Positions 49,971-62,856 of a stretch of DNA of 64,000 nt are shown here, one piece after another. This DNA is from Selaginella moellendorffii (lineage: Eukaryota; Plantae; Lycopodiophyta). The notes beneath the pieces were generated by a model. The model searched no databases, was not told the origin of the DNA, and saw only the letters and a list, made by a program, of their open reading frames with translations. Every line of letters starts with the position of its first letter. The stretch's first letter is position 1. The position numbers were made by a program, and so were the translations under genes. The stretch spans positions 125,644 through 189,643 of the forward strand of contig NW_003314393.1 of NCBI RefSeq assembly GCF_000143415.4, in the 5' to 3' direction.

Positions 49971-52900
49971 TGTCACGAATGTGACTTCGGGTATCAAAAG
50001 TTACCTATCGGTTAGTCCTTACAAACACTCTTACCTTACTGCCACGATGGCAGGAGGTCGGTATTGCTAGACCCTTTATCAGTCCCTCTTGTTCAAGTGT
50101 TAGTAAACTGAACTTTGCATCTATACTTGGCCGGATGAGCATAAGGATGGAATTCCTAAGTGTTTATTCAGCCAAACATACTTGGCCCGGCTTTTTAGTT
50201 CTCTTTTGCTTTATCTTGCACTAGCTTGACAAGAACCCTTGCGTATTGAGATTAGTCCCTCAATATCGCTACATGATAGCTTACCGTGTCTACCAAACAC
50301 CCTCGCTATCATGCCCTTTGTGTTAGTCTCAATTCGGTCCCAAATGCTATTTATGGAAAGTGTCTAGATTTGCACATTTGGCATATCTACGGAATGTAGA
50401 GATTGTCTTGAACACAACGGTGTTCGTCCCATGTCCAAATTCGCAATCTAAGGACATTCCATATTTAGTAAGTTTTGAGCTTGTCGCAAAGACTAACTCT
50501 TGATACTAAGGGAGGCTTGGGGTGAAAGCCCAAAGCATGTGTTCCTCAAGGGGGGGGGGGGGGGGGGGGCTGTGGGGGGTTCCAAATGTATAGTAGGGAT
50601 AGTGGGTAGGTCGGGCATGGCCGACCAACCTGAGGCATAGTCTAGCTTCCGCTTGCGTGCCTGTCCTTGTTCTACGTCCGGCTTGGGTCTAAGCCCAAGT
50701 TCCATTCCATGCTAGCTGAGCTTTTGAGCTTGTCGCGAATGTGACTTCGGGTATCGAAAGTTACCTGTCGGCTAGTCCTTACGGACACTCTTACCTTACT
50801 GCCACGATGGCAGGAGGTCGGTATTGCTGGACCCTTTATCAGTCCCTCTTGTTCAAGTGTTAGTAAACTGAACTTTGCATCTATACTTGGCCGGATGAGC
50901 ATAAGGACGGAATTCCTAAGTGTTTATTCANNNNNNNNNNNNNNNNNNNNNNNNNNNNNNNNNNNNNNNNNNNNNNNNNNNNNNNNNNNNNNNNNNNNNN
51001 NNNNNNNNNNNNNNNNNNNNNNNNNNNNNNNNNNNNNNNNNNNNNNNNNNNNNNNNNNNNNNNNNNNNNNNNNNNNNNNNNNNNNNNNNNNNNNNNNNNN
51101 NNNNNNNNNNNNNNNNNNNNNNNNNNNNNNNNNNNNNNNNNNNNNNNNNNNNNNNNNNNNNNNNNNNNNNNNNNNNNNNNNNNNNNNNNNNNNNNNNNNN
51201 NNNNNNNNNNNNNNNNNNNNNNNNNNNNNNNNNNNNNNNNNNNNNNNNNNNNNNNNNNNNNNNNNNNNNNNNNNNNNNNNNNNNNNNNNNNNNTCAAAGG
51301 GGGGGGGGGCTGTGGGGGGTTCCAAATGTATAGTAGGGATAGTGGGTAGGTCAGGCATGGCCGACCAACCTGAGGCATAGTCTAGCTTCCGCTTGCGTAC
51401 CTGTCCTTGTTCTACGTCCGGCTTGGGTCTAAGCCCAAGTTCCATTCCATGCTAGCTGGTGGAGTACCCATGCTCTCGCATTAGGCCACCGGTATGCCGA
51501 AATAGCACCAGACTCCATTTGGCTCCGTTTTGCGTGTTAGTCTTGGCATTGGGATGCTGGTTGCTCTAAGACTGTTCCAAGTCGCTCTGGGCTCTTGTTC
51601 CTTCGCTCCTTGGGCTGTATGCTCAGGAGTTGCTCTGTGGTTCGGTTCTGTCACTCCTTGGCTCCATGCTTGGGAGTTTGGCACCGTTCCTTCGTTCAGT
51701 GGCCCAAGGCCCTGAACCATAGGTTCCACACCACTGTCCTGTGGACACGTGGCATGGACACATGGCATGTGTCACGTGGCATAAAGAGGGTTTAGGTTCC
51801 GCTTCGTGGTGTTATCCTATGGTAAATCACCATAGGATAAAGGGTCAAAACCACGTGCCCTACATTTGGTATCAGAGAATGAGTCTTAGCGAGTACTATA
51901 CAATGAGATTGGGCAACTAGTCTTGTTGCATACGCAGAGATGAAAACGATGATCCGAGTGGGTACACACTTGGGTGTAAAGGCTTCGCAATTGTTCCTTG
52001 GGTATGGTTTTTGTTACCTTTTTGTACCTTATGATGTGAGCTTGAGCTTGAGCTCACAAGAGGGATTAAGTTGTTCCAATTTGCACGAGTTTGCGCTTAG
52101 GCTCGTGAGTGCATTAGCAACTCGAGGATATGCTTTGAGTTGGCAGGATTAATGTTAGCCTATCGGTGGTTCCATGAGTTGTTCCAGTAGTTCTATGAGT
52201 TTTTCCATGTACCATAGGTGAAAGTAAATTTTCCCTGGGTTTGCTATGAGTGGTAAATAAGCTGGTTCGTAGCTATTTAGCACGGCACTAGTGGATCCTT
52301 CCTAGGCATGATTACAAGTGGATCAATCAAGACTGTAGGGATGAGTCTATTGATTCAAGTAATTGTTGCTGTGCTCTCTCATAAACTTTTCTTGGATTGG
52401 ACTGAAGGCAGTGTGAAAGCAAACTTGAGGTGTAATCAAAGATTAGACCGAAAAGAGAGTCATCAGGGACGAAGGATCAAACACGTAAATCATTCTCTCT
52501 TCTTGGAGAGATGATTTGCAACGAGGTGTTAACTCATTGCTTGTGTTCATGGTATGTAATCAAGAGTCCCTATCTTGATGCATCTTGGAGATGATGGTCT
52601 TACAAATGGTCAGTTATGGGGTGGATAGCAGTAAAGCGCTAAACCATTTTGTCTAGGCTTGTTATTGAAGACTTGGGTTGCAATGCTCAATTCTTTTCCA
52701 GGGAACTTTGCTATTGCTCCTTGAGTAGCTTGGTGTTGGACTAGTTTTGAGTTTAGTTGGAAAGAGAGTGGCATGAGTTTGCCCGTGTTGTGAACAAAAG
52801 TTAGTGGTGTTGGGTGTTGTAAGTCTCTATCGGTGGAGTGTGGCATTTATGTTGCATTTTGTCGAATTGAGTTGACACTTGATACTCACCTAAACCTTTG

Positions 52901-55900
52901 AAGTAATGACATTAGCATTGCTCATGTGTTGCTTGATTGATGATCAAGACATTGTGATTTCCATATCATATCCATGTGATAATGAGCAATGTGTTTACGA
53001 AGTTGCTTGGTTAGACAATGATTAACCCCAAAGTGGTTGGTGGTGAAGCTAGTCTACTTGCACAAAGTAGCATTGAAGTAGCTTTGACTGGATTCTCGAT
53101 GGTGGTCCATTATGCTAAGCTTAAGTTGGTTCCTTGTTTCCTTGAGGGTTTGCCCATAAGGTGTTGGAAAGGGTTATAGCATTCATTTGCTATAGGTTAT
53201 TAGTTGATCCGTTAACACTTGTAGATTGTAGATTGTTGGATAGAGAAGGTGTGAGGTTGAGGCATTAACATTTTTAACACTTGTGTTAGTGGAAGTGGCA
53301 TTTTTATTTTAAGTGATGAGGAAGTTTCCTTAGAGCTTGATTTTCCATATCATTTTTCTTGTTAGTGTTTTAGCTTCACATTAGATCTTGAAGGTGGTTA
53401 AAAAGAGTGTTAGTGCAATGTGGATATCCGAAGATGTGGTCTTCATCATCAAGCCTTGGATGTTCACTTTGCATTTTTGCGGATGTCAGACTTGGATGTC
53501 GGAGGTATGAGCAAAAGATGTTCGAGGCTTAAGCATACTATGGGTCATGAGAATTTGTGTTGAGGTGAACCTATGTGAAGTTGTTAGTAGGAGGAAGTTG
53601 GTTAAGTCTTGAAAGTTTGTATTCCTGGACTAAGAGTCATTCTTTCTCTAGAATGGAAAAATTTTCCACAAATTTTCTTAGACTTTTCCAATGGCTAATC
53701 TATTATCACTTTGTCCGAAAACCATTCCATTTTCGTAAGCCAGTACAAACTAGTGAAGGGGTTAGAGTTGACTTTGGTTGGCTTAGACCTTAGTAAGTAA
53801 TTTGTATGATGCAACACGAAAGGGATGCTAAGTTTTGGGGCTAAGGCAATTGAGTTGGATAGAGTCTGGAGTTGGTGTAGAAAAGTGGCCGTTGCACTTT
53901 TCTAAGAAGGGTGACCCTTGTGCCTTTCTTCTGTAGTATTATGCTTGGTGGCAGGTTGTACTTTGCATTTCATTAGACTCTATAAAAGTAGTGAGCTCTC
54001 ACTAATCTTGACTTAGTCTTGGTGGCCCTGTGCCTTGGCTGAGGATGGTGATGTCCAACTTAGTTGTTTATGGTTGAGATGTTAGTACCCATACTATAGC
54101 TTTGTCTAAGTGGAAGTTGTGTACCGACATGAGTCCATCTCATGGTCTTCACTTAAGTTTCAACTTAGTGTTGATCATGTGTAGCTAACCTCTTCAAGGC
54201 ATGCTCAAAGCTATTGGCTAAATGCATTGGTGAGTTTATCGTGGTTAAGTTGGATTCAAGTAGTCATTTAGTTCGTGCTTGTCCATGAACTTTCATCTCG
54301 CACCTGGGGATATTAGACAAGTATATAACTCGATGGCATGTGTTTAGTGTTTGGGTCTTGTGAAGGCAAGTTGAAAAGTGATTGTTGGTTGCTTTGCAAC
54401 TAGAGATTGCTTGTAGATTTTGTCAAGGGTTTTTGACACTTGTTTTACTCGATGATAATTTAGCGGTGATGGGCTTGCTTTATCGGATGGTGTTGCGGAG
54501 GATCGTGTCGTTAGACTTACATGGGTTTTCCATGTTAACATGTTGACTTTACCTTTGTCGATATCATTTGGTTGCATTTAGTTGTGGTGTTGGATTTCAT
54601 TGAGTCTTGGATGTGGTGAATCACTCCGTGATGAAGTGTTATCTGTAACTGAGTTTTGCTGAAGGATTAGTCTCGGATACTGAGTAAAGTATCTTCAACT
54701 TTGGTTAGCTTAGTTGCTGAAGAGTTTTGAGTGGTGATTCACTCTTGCTTTCTTCTAGCTTTGTTATGGTGTTGATGGCATTGAAGTGATGCCTTGTCGT
54801 TGACATTGATGATGTTGAGATTTGAGTGAGATGAGATGTCTCTCCATAAGATTGATAATGAGTTTCATTAGTCTCAATGCAATTAGTGTTGATGCTTGAG
54901 CTGTAGCTTTATATTATTAGCATTCACACATTTGCTAGTTAGCAACTATGTTGACGTTCAAATGAATTGAGTGGCAAATTTGAGTTAGTTGTGTTCTAGA
55001 CGAGATTATTTAGTAGGGGTTGAGCTTTGGCTTTTCTTTGAAAAGTGATTCAGTCGTGGACTATGCTAACTCTGCAAGCAGAAGAACTAGTGATCGATAT
55101 TGGAAAGTTTAAATCCTTATTGGGTTTGAGTTAAAATATATCGATCATTGATGATTCTTCTTGTGCTTGTTATGAAGTGAGTTACGTCTTGCTATAAATG
55201 GATTCATGGAGGATCATTTGGTGATCACTTGTCAAGTATAGCTTTGTTATGCTTAGCTTTTGGATTGATGCAGACATGCTCTTCATTAGCTTTGCATTAT
55301 GGAGTTTAGCTTATAGATGTGTTAAGGAGGATATTGTGGGTCATACCATGATTTTCTTCTTAGCATTGAAGTTAATTCATGCGAGACTCGTGATCATTGT
55401 TATGCATGACTTGGCTATAGACTTCTTTAAGCTTTTGGTTCTGTGAGTTTTCATACTTATTATTCCATTTGTTAGAAGTTGTTGGGGAAGGAATTTAGGC
55501 TCATTAGCTTCGATGTTGAAGTTGGCTTTTGCATCTAGCAATCATTGGTGATGACTAACTATTATCTAGGATAGTTGTTTATCCTTGTCAAAAGATTTTG
55601 CTTGATTATTGTTGGTATAGAATGATTTACTGTTCTTCGGGATGGTAGATTGTTTTTTTTACGATGATTTGGCATATCTTTTTGATGGGATAATTGATGA
55701 TCTTTCATGATGGTTAGTTGTTCTCTTTGATGGCTTTTGGCTTTTCGCAATACCACATGTTCTTTGTGGTTTGCTCTAGATTGGTCTTTTGGGTTTGAGA
55801 CATCAGTAGGATGTTGCTGACATTTGCTTAGGCAACTTGAGTTCCTTAGTGTTGTTAGCTGGGATCTATTCGGATTGGCTAGTGTGATAATTAGCATGAA

Positions 55901-58011
55901 TGAGTGTTTGTTGGTCTTGCCACATTCATTCTATTCTGTTGATTATTGCTCAAGTTAGTTTTAATAGGTTGGGATGCTATTTCCTTCAAGTGATACATTC
56001 GTGAGCATTGTGCTTGTCAGTCCATGATACTTTGTGTTCTTTGAGTTATCTTTAGTAAATTGTTGGTTTACTGTCTGCTATTTTCAGTAGTTAAGTTTCA
56101 TCATTGAGTTTATTTGATGATATACTTGCTATTGAATTTTGTTGGATGGTGAATCCTGTGTTTACCAATTTTGATGAACTTGGTGGTTCCTATCTACTAT
56201 AATACTAGTTTATCAGATGATAAATTATTTGGAATACTTTTGTGTTCTAATCTAAAATTTAATCACTGGTAATTAAGTCTCTAAGATATCATTGTCTCTG
56301 ACTTTGATATTGTCCATTTATTGATCTTTGAGTTTGAGCCAATAATAGGCAAACTGGCTTCGGCACTTCGTGTGCATGTTGAAATCTCTAGTCATGTGGT
56401 AGCTACTGTCGACTGGTCACATAACCCGCCTCTTTGTCGATGTTCCTTATTCCGTTAAAAGGGCGTGACCGTGTAAACAACTCTAACTGTCTATTTACAG
56501 TAGTCTATCTAAACCTTACCGACAGGTTTGGTTTCTTTGCTTATGAGGGTTGGGGCCTCTGGCTTCTCTCTCTATGTTCCTGCGGGCAGGGGCATATCAC
56601 ACTTTTGTAAGTTGGGTGACTCCCAGAGCAGCAATGGTGGCTAACTCCATTGGTCATTTCCTTGTCAGCGATGGCCGCAAGGTGTCTGGGCTGGTAGCGC
56701 ATCCGCGTTAGACAAAGAGGTTGTCTCCTAACTCATTTCAATTGGTGCATTTCTCACATAGTGTGAATATCGTGAATTTTTTCTAGAGTTGTTTCCTTGG
56801 CAGTATTCTAGACTCGAGTATGCATCGACGAGGACGTCGATCTTCCCTAGGGGGGGAGAGTGTCGCGAATGTGACTTCGGGTATCGAAAGTTACCTGTCG
56901 GCTAGTCCTTACGGACACTCTTACCTTACTGCCACGATGGCAGGAGGTCGGTATTGCTGGACTCTTTATCAGTCCCTCTTGTTCAAGTGTTAGTAAACTG
57001 AACTTTGCATCTGTACTTGGCCGAATGAGCATAAGGACGGAATTCCTAAGTGTTTATTTAGCCAAGCATACTTGGCCCGGCTTTTTAGTTCTCTTTTGCT
57101 CTGTCTTGCACTGGCTTGACAAGAACCCTTGCGTATTGAGATTAGTCCCTCAATATCGCTACATGATAGTTTACCATGTCTACCAAACACCCTCGCTATC
57201 ATGCCCTTTATGTTAGTCTCAATTCGGTCCTAAATGCTATTTATGGAAAGTGTCTAGATTTGCTCATTTGGCATATCTATAGAATGTAAAGATTGTCTTG
57301 AACACAATGGTGTTCGTCCCATGTCCAAATTCGCAATCTAAGGACATTCCATATTTAATAAGTTTCAAGCTTGTCCCAGAGACTAACTCCTGATACTTAG
57401 GGAGGCTTGGGGTGAAAGCCCAAAGCGTGTGTTCCTCAAGGGGTGGGGGGGCCTATGGGGGGTTCTAAATGTATAGTAGGGATAGTGGGTAGGTCGGGCA
57501 TGGCCGACCAACCTGAGGCATAGTCTAGCTTTCGCTTGTGTACCTGTCCTTGTTCTGCGTCCGACTTGGGTCTAAGCCCAAGTTCCATTCCATGCTAGCC
57601 AGTGGAGTACCCATGCTCTCGCGTTAGGCCACCGGTATGCCGAAATAGTGCCAAACTCCGTTTTGCGTGCTGGTCCTGGCATTGGGATGTTGGTTGCTCT
57701 AGGACTGTTCCAAGTCGCTCCAGGCTCTTGTTCCTTCACTCCTTGGGCTGTATGCCTTGGAGTTGCTCCGTGGTTCAATTCTATCACTCCTTGGCTCCAC
57801 ACTTGGGAGTTTGGCACCGTTCCTTCGTTCAGTGGCCCAAGGCCCTGAACCACAGGTTCCACACCACTGTCCTGTGGACACGTGGCATGGACACGTGGCA
57901 TGTGACATGTGGCATGTGTCACGTGGCATAAAGAGGGTTTAGGTTCCGCTTCGTGGTGTTATCCTATGGTAAATCACCATAGGATAAAGGGCCAAAACCA
58001 CGTGCACTATA
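49971..58011 (+). mobile_element. LTR retroelement family A, copy 2 (LARD-like, non-coding internal region), TSD CAAGT
   Basis: 5' LTR block 49971-51864 (partial LTR plus second LTR from 50731); PBS TGGTATCAGAG 51867-51877; PPT 56849-56860; 3' LTR 56861-58011; CAAGT at 49966-49970 and 58012-58016. Confidence 0.9.
50931..51293. other. Assembly gap within LTR
   Basis: N run. Confidence 1.
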
Positions 58012-58850
58012 CAAGTAAATTCAACAAATAAAATACAAATATAAATATAGATCCAAACATTAAAAGCAATCTAAAAACAGTTCTCAAGCTCTGCAACTGT
58101 AAAGCTTGCTTGTGGATGTGATGGTTGATCTTAGGATCTTGGTTTAGTTCTTGCACAAAAAGGTATTAAATGTGCTTGCAGGCTAAATATATCTTTCCAA
58201 TGTTCTCCATTTATGTAAAATCTGGACAGGTACAGGATGGATTTTTGTATATTCTAATAGTGTAGCTCGTATCTTTTGACAACTCAATCACAATAACAAA
58301 CTCTTTAACCATAGCATTGATGTAATTTGTCTTTGTGATTGTGCACTTTAATTCGTTTGCCAACTTGATCTTTTCTTGCGTACCTTTCAAAATGGAAGAC
58401 TTATATTATACAGCCTTCCCATTCCTAGCTGGTCGTGTATGCTGGTCTAGTGTTGACATTGGTGGCATAATAGTATCAATAGCAACATTTGAGGAAGTCT
58501 TCAGCTTGAAACCTACTCTCTCTAGACTTTCAATCTCTTTTTTCAAAAGATTGCAACTTCACTCAGTAGCTTCACAAAATCCGGCTTTAAAATAATTGAG
58601 CTGTGGATCCCACTTGTATGAGTAAAAGTAGTTCCACAATAGTAAATCCAACTTGACTGACAGCCCTTTATCCCTAGATCTCGATAGCCCTAGAAACATG
58701 GCATTGCTAAAGAACTTGAACTTATGCGAGACAATGAGCTTGACTCCTAATCATTCCGGAGCAACGTGTATTGCTTTTGGCACTGACTCTTCAAATTGCC
58801 CAATTGATACAAGAAATTGGTTTACGAGCAATAACTGTTGCAAATATAAC
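58012..58850 (-). mobile_element. Older degenerate copy of the SWIM/MULE-like element; its left part is at ~49860-49970
   Basis: 58012-58590 collinear with 18347-18940. Confidence 0.8.
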
Positions 58851-59190
58851 TTTAGGTATCGAAAGTTACCTATCAGCTAGTCCTTTCAGATATTCTTTTC
58901 TTACTACGATGATCGTAAGAGGTTGGTATTGTTAGACCCTTTATCAGTTCAAGTGTTAGTAAACTAGACTTTGCATTTATACTTGGCCGGACGAGCATAG
59001 GGAAAAAATTCCTAAGTGTCTATTTAGCCAAGCATACTTGGCCCAGCTTATTAATTCTCTTTTTCTCTATCTTGCACTGGCTTGACAAAAACCCTTGCAT
59101 ATCGAGATTAATATCTTAATATTGTTGGATGATAGCTTACCATGCCTGTCAAACACCCTTGCTATCATACCCTTTTTGTTAGTCTCAACT
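58850..59190 (+). repeat. Degenerate fragment of family A LTR
   Basis: GGTATCGAAAGTTACC...TTAGTCTCAA homology. Confidence 0.8.
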
Positions 59191-61254
59191 CTACCCCTAT
59201 TAAGTAAAAACGAGCTTGGAAAGTAAAAACTAGATGAACTGGTGCCGAGTGAACCCATTGATGGTACTCTCAAAAGAAAGATGAAGGGGTCAATAACTTA
59301 TTCATTCAAGCATCCTCCAATACTTGCGCAACTTCTCATTTCTCAAAAGAATCTCTACATCAAGACCATAGCACCAATAAGACATTATTAATACCAAAGC
59401 TTCCACTTAGGAAATAGATGATGCTAATCAAAAAATGTCAACAACACAAATATGTGTGGCCAACCTTATAACATGTCTAGCAACAAACATTATGGTCATA
59501 ACTATGTCCTTGCCCTTGTCTTTGAACACAAGCAACAATAGCATCAACTTCTATCAGAACAAGATCATCTCCCACAAAAAGTGGCATTAAAGCATATGCA
59601 ACAATAAGTGAAAGAAGTGATATTCCATAATGTTGTGCTAGTCAAAGAATGTTGTCTAAGGTGACTGGAGCTAGTGCATATATGAGTCCCATAAGACATT
59701 GCTGAAGCATTGGCCACAACATTCCCAATTTATTCCGCTCCGACATAATTGGCTATATACAAAGTAGGAGGATTTAGAAGTAAAATTGCATCGTTGACGA
59801 AAATGACCCCTAATAAAGATAATGCAATTCTTATAAGGCTTGTCAATATGTTTAAATAATTGTTTGATTGTGCTCAAACCATTGTACCATTGCAATGCTA
59901 TCCCTTTAAAACATGTGGGGAAATTATATAGACACTAAATATCATCCCAAAAATGATAAGTGGTAATCACTATAAAGTGATCAAACTAATGATATACATC
60001 ATCCCCAAAATTCCCACAAAAGAACTCCAACTGAACTCAATGATGGGCAACAATAGTAAGAGATACACCACATGCCATGAATGCCACTATCAATTGAGTC
60101 TGATTGTTCAATTGCAATTACATAGCATTGAGAAATTGCGCCAACTGTTACTCTAGAGTCAAAGAAGGAGGAAGTTACTATTTTGCCATAAAGATGAATG
60201 GAAAAAAGCAAAAAAATAAAAAGAAAAAAAGAAATTGAAAAGCTACATAAATAAGAGAGATCTAAATAATGCAAAAGCTAAATCTAAACCAAACACTCCT
60301 TAAAGACAATTAGAATTACCCTTCACTTCCACTAATATGAGTGCATTAAATATGGAAATGGAATACAAAAATGTATAATCTCAAAACCCTAGCTTATATA
60401 CAGGAGCAAGTGGTTCAAATTGAAATCAATTTTATGGCTATCAAAATTCCACTATGTTAATATTAATATATGGCATTATCAAAAAAATTATTTTACTTAT
60501 ATTTTATAGAATATTTATATTAATTAATAATATAAAACTAAATAAATATTATTATACATGAAAAAGTTCAATATGCACAATAAATATTTTTCAGAAATTG
60601 TTCAATAAGGAACTTCTTAACTTTAGAAGTTTATAACTACAGCAAGCTATATAAAATTAAATATAAAATGCTAGCTTTCAAAGATGTCATCTTGATCATA
60701 CATTTTAAATTTAGAAAAATGTTTTAAATTAAAAGAATGACGTTAATTATTTTTCACTTTAAGTAAAATGGGAATATATCTATGATACCCATATATATTC
60801 TATAATAATCCTCAATTTTAATAAACTTTTCTCTAATTCATTTATAATGGGGTAGGGGATATGGGCAATTCCAAATATAATGGGGATAATGGGTAGGTTG
60901 AGGTATGAACTACTTGAGATATTATTTATCTCCCCATTAGGTGTGCTATCTTTTGTTTTGAATCTTGCTTATATCTAAGCCTAAACTCTACCATGTTAGT
61001 TGGTGTATTTTGCTATAAATATGCTAAAATCATCTAGCTTTGTTTTGCATGTTGATTTTAGAGTTGGAATTCTAAATGCTCTAAAACTATTATGATATTG
61101 CTCCATGTTCATGTTCCTTCATTTTTTTGTTATATGCTTAAGAGTTTAACTTCATCCTTTTGTTCACTGTACCATAGCTCTAAAACTTAGATTCTGTTCT
61201 GGTGCCCTTGTTCAAGGGTTAAATTCCATTTTATAATTATTCACTATAGGGAAG

Positions 61255-62046
61255 TTATGGTAGCTCTTCATCCTGTTCATTCCATATACTAATATTGTAT
61301 AGAGTTTTTCTCTCAATAACAGCATAGGATATTGCACTTCCTACCATCAACAAAGAGAGGTACCAACTGAAAAGCAATGTTCCCATAGCTTTGGACTGGT
61401 TGACAAGGTTTTCACTGCCACACTCGATCTTTTGGTGGTGACGAACAAACACTTGGCAACCCAGAGGCAGGAACGTTGCTGGGAACACAAGAAGTAATGA
61501 GAGCTGAAGCAGCCAAATGCCATGGAAGATGATACAAATTGACTTCCAAAACTTGATCATCATGGCATTGTGATTCTGTGGCACAAACACTTCCACGAGG
61601 CTTGAGAACATACAGGCAGTCACAATGAGCTGTAGAAGCATATGATAATGTCCTTCCACGCCGACATGATCCGTGGAATGCCAATGAAAGAGGAAGAGTT
61701 CTTGGGCGAACGCTGCTGCTTCCATGAGACTTACAAAAGCACTTGGCAAGTGTAGCTTGGAACGTAAACAGAGTGCATAGATCATGAACGGAATAGCCAT
61801 GGAGATGTGCTCCAGGTCAGGATAGCTTCGTGTTGGCTGAAGAATGCAGTGGAAAGTGATGACTCCTGCACTCCCAAGGAAGAGAATGTAAAACTCAGCT
61901 GGCTTTGTAATGAGGGAGAGTCGCCCAGGTTTTTCATGGCCTCGAAAACGAGATGCTGCATTCGTGAGAAAAAGCAAGAGTCCCCAAAAGATGAACGCAA
62001 TTGCTGGAATACCATGACCAAGGAACACAAGAAATCTGTTTGCCAT
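61255..62046 (-). CDS. DUF716 / TMEM45-like multi-pass membrane protein (intronless, 263 aa)
   Basis: GHGIP, LEHISM, FAQELFLFHWHSTDHVGVEGHYHMLLQ, HGIWLLQ, C..C and LLFSWY motifs; intact ORF. Confidence 0.88.
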   Translation of the reverse strand: MANRFLVFLGHGIPAIAFIFWGLLLFLTNAASRFRGHEKPGRLSLITKPAEFYILFLGSAGVITFHCILQPTRSYPDLEHISMAIPFMIYALCLRSKLHLPSAFVSLMEAAAFAQELFLFHWHSTDHVGVEGHYHMLLQLIVTACMFSSLVEVFVPQNHNAMMIKFWKSICIIFHGIWLLQLSLLLVFPATFLPLGCQVFVRHHQKIECGSENLVNQSKAMGTLLFSWYLSLLMVGSAISYAVIERKTLYNISIWNEQDEELP

Positions 62047-62299
62047 TGTATCACATGTTTCCTTGACAAGCTTGAAATTTAAGGTGATGTATCACCGGGT
62101 CAAGGACGGTATTCTTATACTCATGTTAAAGCCGGTCATTGGTTGGTTGGCTATTCATTGATTGACCAGTATTTGAAGAGCTTAGACTTTGATCAAAGTA
62201 AAATATCGAAAGTTCTGTATCCACCTTGACCAACATTTCTGAGTGACTAACTTCTGTCATCTTTATTTGTCATGTATTCTTCCATTGACCACCACTATA

Positions 62300-62485
62300 T
62301 GCTGGAATACCATGACCAAGGAACACTAGAAATCTGTTTGCCATTGTGTCACATGTGCTTGAAATTTAAAGTGATGTATGACCGGGTCAAGGACGGTATT
62401 CTGACACTCATGTAGTCGGTCATTGGTTGGTTTGATCCGAAGAGCCTAGACTTTTCAAATTAAAGTATGGAAAGTTCTGTATCCA
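62300..62485 (-). repeat. Tandem partial duplication of the DUF716 start codon region and upstream DNA
   Basis: Matches ~62003-62225; contains a stop in the duplicated coding part. Confidence 0.85.
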
Positions 62486-62856
62486 CTGTTCATTTGCCTA
62501 TTTCTGGGTTTGCTATTGTATTGTCATGTTCTTCCATTGCCTAAACTTTGATCAGAGTAAAGCCTCTGAATCCACCACGACCTAGACTCATGGAGGTCAA
62601 TTGCTCATCAGCTTTTTCATTTGAGTTCTGGATTAACAAGTTAGCATTTCTTAAGAACTGCCAAGACGAGGAAGAAATGAAGGTATGCTGAGGCCAATAG
62701 ATGCGTCCTCATGTTCCTTTGCCCGAAGCTTATACCTCCAACTTTGAAGGCTGTCCCAGAACGTGATGCCTAAAAATGTGACCCAAAAGCCAATAAACAC
62801 ACCGCAGCCAAATGCCCACACTGTTATGATCCGGCGCAAAAAGACAAAGATCTAGT

